NCBI RefSeq assembly: GCF_018350175.1
Contig: NC_058368.1
Span: 9,796,001 to 9,860,000 of the forward strand
Length of the DNA: 64,000 nt
Reading direction: 5' to 3'
From: Felis catus
Lineage: Eukaryota
The position numbers and the translations under genes were made by a program. The notes under the pieces are model-generated. The model did not search any database. It was given only the letters and a program-made list of their open reading frames with translations, and had not been told where the DNA came from. Shown here piece after piece: positions 62,550-64,000 of the stretch. Position 1 is the first letter of the stretch; each line of letters opens with the position of its first letter.

Positions 62550-62769
62550 CCAATGGTCCTCAACTGGAGGCAATTTTGCTCCCAAGGGGACATTTTAGCA
62601 ACGTCTGGTGACATTTTTGGTGGTCACAACTGTGAGAGGCACTTGCTACTTGTATCTAGTGGGTAAAGGCTAGGGATACCACGAAGTATCCTACAAGGCA
62701 TGGGTCAGCCCATCCCCCCAAAAAGAACTACTGGCTGCAAATGTCAATAGTGCTGAGTTGGAGAAACTG
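62550..62769 (-). mobile_element. MER20
   Basis: CAATGGTCCTCAAC...AATTTTGCTCCCAAGGGGACATTT...AAATGTCAATAGTGCTGAGTTGGAGAAACTG. Confidence 0.88.
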
Positions 62770-62860
62770 TTCTGATCTGTCACAGAATGGTGGCATGGAT
62801 TAAGATGGCAGTGGTGACAGCTCAAGACGTGCTTAGTTCTGGATAGATTTTAAAAGGAGA

Positions 62861-63058
62861 GGGGCCACCTGGGTGGCTCAGCTGGTTAAGGGTCTGACTC
62901 TTGGTTTCGACTCAGGTCATGATCTCACGGTTTGTGAGATCGAGCCCCGCATTGGGTTCTGTGCAGTGTAGAGCCTGCTTGGGATTCTCTGTCCCTCTCC
63001 CACTCATGCTGCTCTCTCTCTCTCTCAGAATAAATAAATAAACTTAAAAAAAAAAAAA
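62861..63058 (+). mobile_element. Carnivore SINE
   Basis: Head, CT tract, poly(A). Confidence 0.94.
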
Positions 63059-63072
63059 GGTAGAGCTGACTG

Positions 63073-63258
63073 GGGATACCTGAGTGGCTCGGTTGGTTAA
63101 GCAACAGACTCTTCATTTCAGCTCAGGTTATGATCTCAGGGTTCATGAGTTCAAGCCCCACATCAGGCTCTGTACTCCCTCTCTCTCTGCCTCTCCCCCA
63201 CTCTCGTGGGCGCGCACTCTCTCTCTCAAAAAAGAATAAATACATTTAAAAAAAAAAA
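63073..63258 (+). mobile_element. Carnivore SINE (tandem with previous)
   Basis: TSD AAAA(G)GTAGAGCTGACT. Confidence 0.94.
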
Positions 63259-64000
63259 GTAGAGCTGACTGTATGTGTTGTGGGATTAAATGTATAGTAT
63301 GAGGGAAAAAGAGGCAGAGAGGATATCAAGCTTTCTCACTTGAGCAACTGTAAGAATGAAGTGCCTACTATTGAGAGGAGGAAGAATGTGGAAGCAGTAA
63401 GTAGGGAGGAGGTGCTCTGTTTTGTTTGCAGGTGAGAAGTGGCTGATGAGACTCAAGCAATTGTTTTACACATATTAAATGTTGAACTTTGTCTATCTAC
63501 CTGGTGTCAAGTGAATGTATCAAGTAGGCAGATCGATCCGTGAGCCTGAAGCTCTGGGCAGAGGCTGGGGCTGGAGACAGGCACTTGGGAGTTTCAGCAT
63601 CTATACAGTACGAACAGCTACAGGACAGGAGAAGATTAGTTAGGGAGGGAATGAAAACTGAGACAAGATCTGGGTTCTGAGGCATTTCAATGCTTAAAGG
63701 GGAGGGGAATCAGCACAAACTACTAAAAAGGCAAAGGAGAAGGACTGAGGTAAGAGAACCAAGGGTAAGTCAGAACGAGGAGCTGTGTCAAACGCAGCTG
63801 AGAGGGAAAGGGAAACTGAGGGCTGAGAAATGACCACAAGATCTGGCAACACGGATGTGGATGCTGATGTGGAAATGAACGGTGCCGGTGGGAGGCAGGA
63901 ATGAAAGCCTGACTGGCCTGGAGGCCAAAGAGTTCATAGCAGAGGAAGGTAGAGACAGTGGCTGTAAGCAGTGATACACTCTCTTGCGGTCTTTGTAAAG

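Larger units (their letters stand above)
62180..64000 (-). mobile_element. LINE-2 relic (antisense) interrupted by MER20 and SINEs
   Basis: CATTCACTCAATAAATA; GGGAAGCCACTGGAATGTTTTGAGCA; GATCTGGCAAC purine-rich L2 antisense. Confidence 0.75.

Noticed and set aside
780..63258. tRNA genes
   Set aside because: A/B-box-like sequences are SINE heads followed by SINE bodies and A tails; no standalone cloverleaf seen
1..64000. ORF-track peptides such as [24 protein letters not shown] and FLRERERQS as genes
   Set aside because: They are translations of carnivore SINEs, recurring many times in both orientations
1..64000. CRISPR array or prokaryotic-type operon
   Set aside because: No regularly spaced repeat-spacer array; the sequence is clearly mammalian

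Overview
Mammalian non-coding genomic DNA, almost certainly from a cat-family (feliform carnivore) genome. About 44 tRNA-derived carnivore SINEs are present, and their internal sequence matches the Felidae SINEC_Fc type. The window is dominated by interspersed repeats: LINE-1 relics (including a ~5 kb, 5'-intact but internally deleted copy), LINE-2 and MIR relics, MaLR (MLT1) solo LTRs, hAT-Charlie MITEs (MER3, MER5, MER20, MER58), a Tigger2-type element and microsatellites. I could not identify a protein-coding gene, RNA gene or CpG-island promoter. The ORF track is explained by SINE/LINE/LTR sequence or chance, so the region is intergenic or deep intronic. I found no convincing novel biological system. 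The most notable observations are multi-level nested insertions, repeated reuse of the same insertion target, closely spaced inverted SINE pairs, and a CpG-retaining non-repeat island near 47.0-47.5 kb bounded by splice-like signals. Repeat subfamily names come from recalled consensus sequences, not a database search. Boundaries are approximate unless a target-site duplication (TSD) is quoted.
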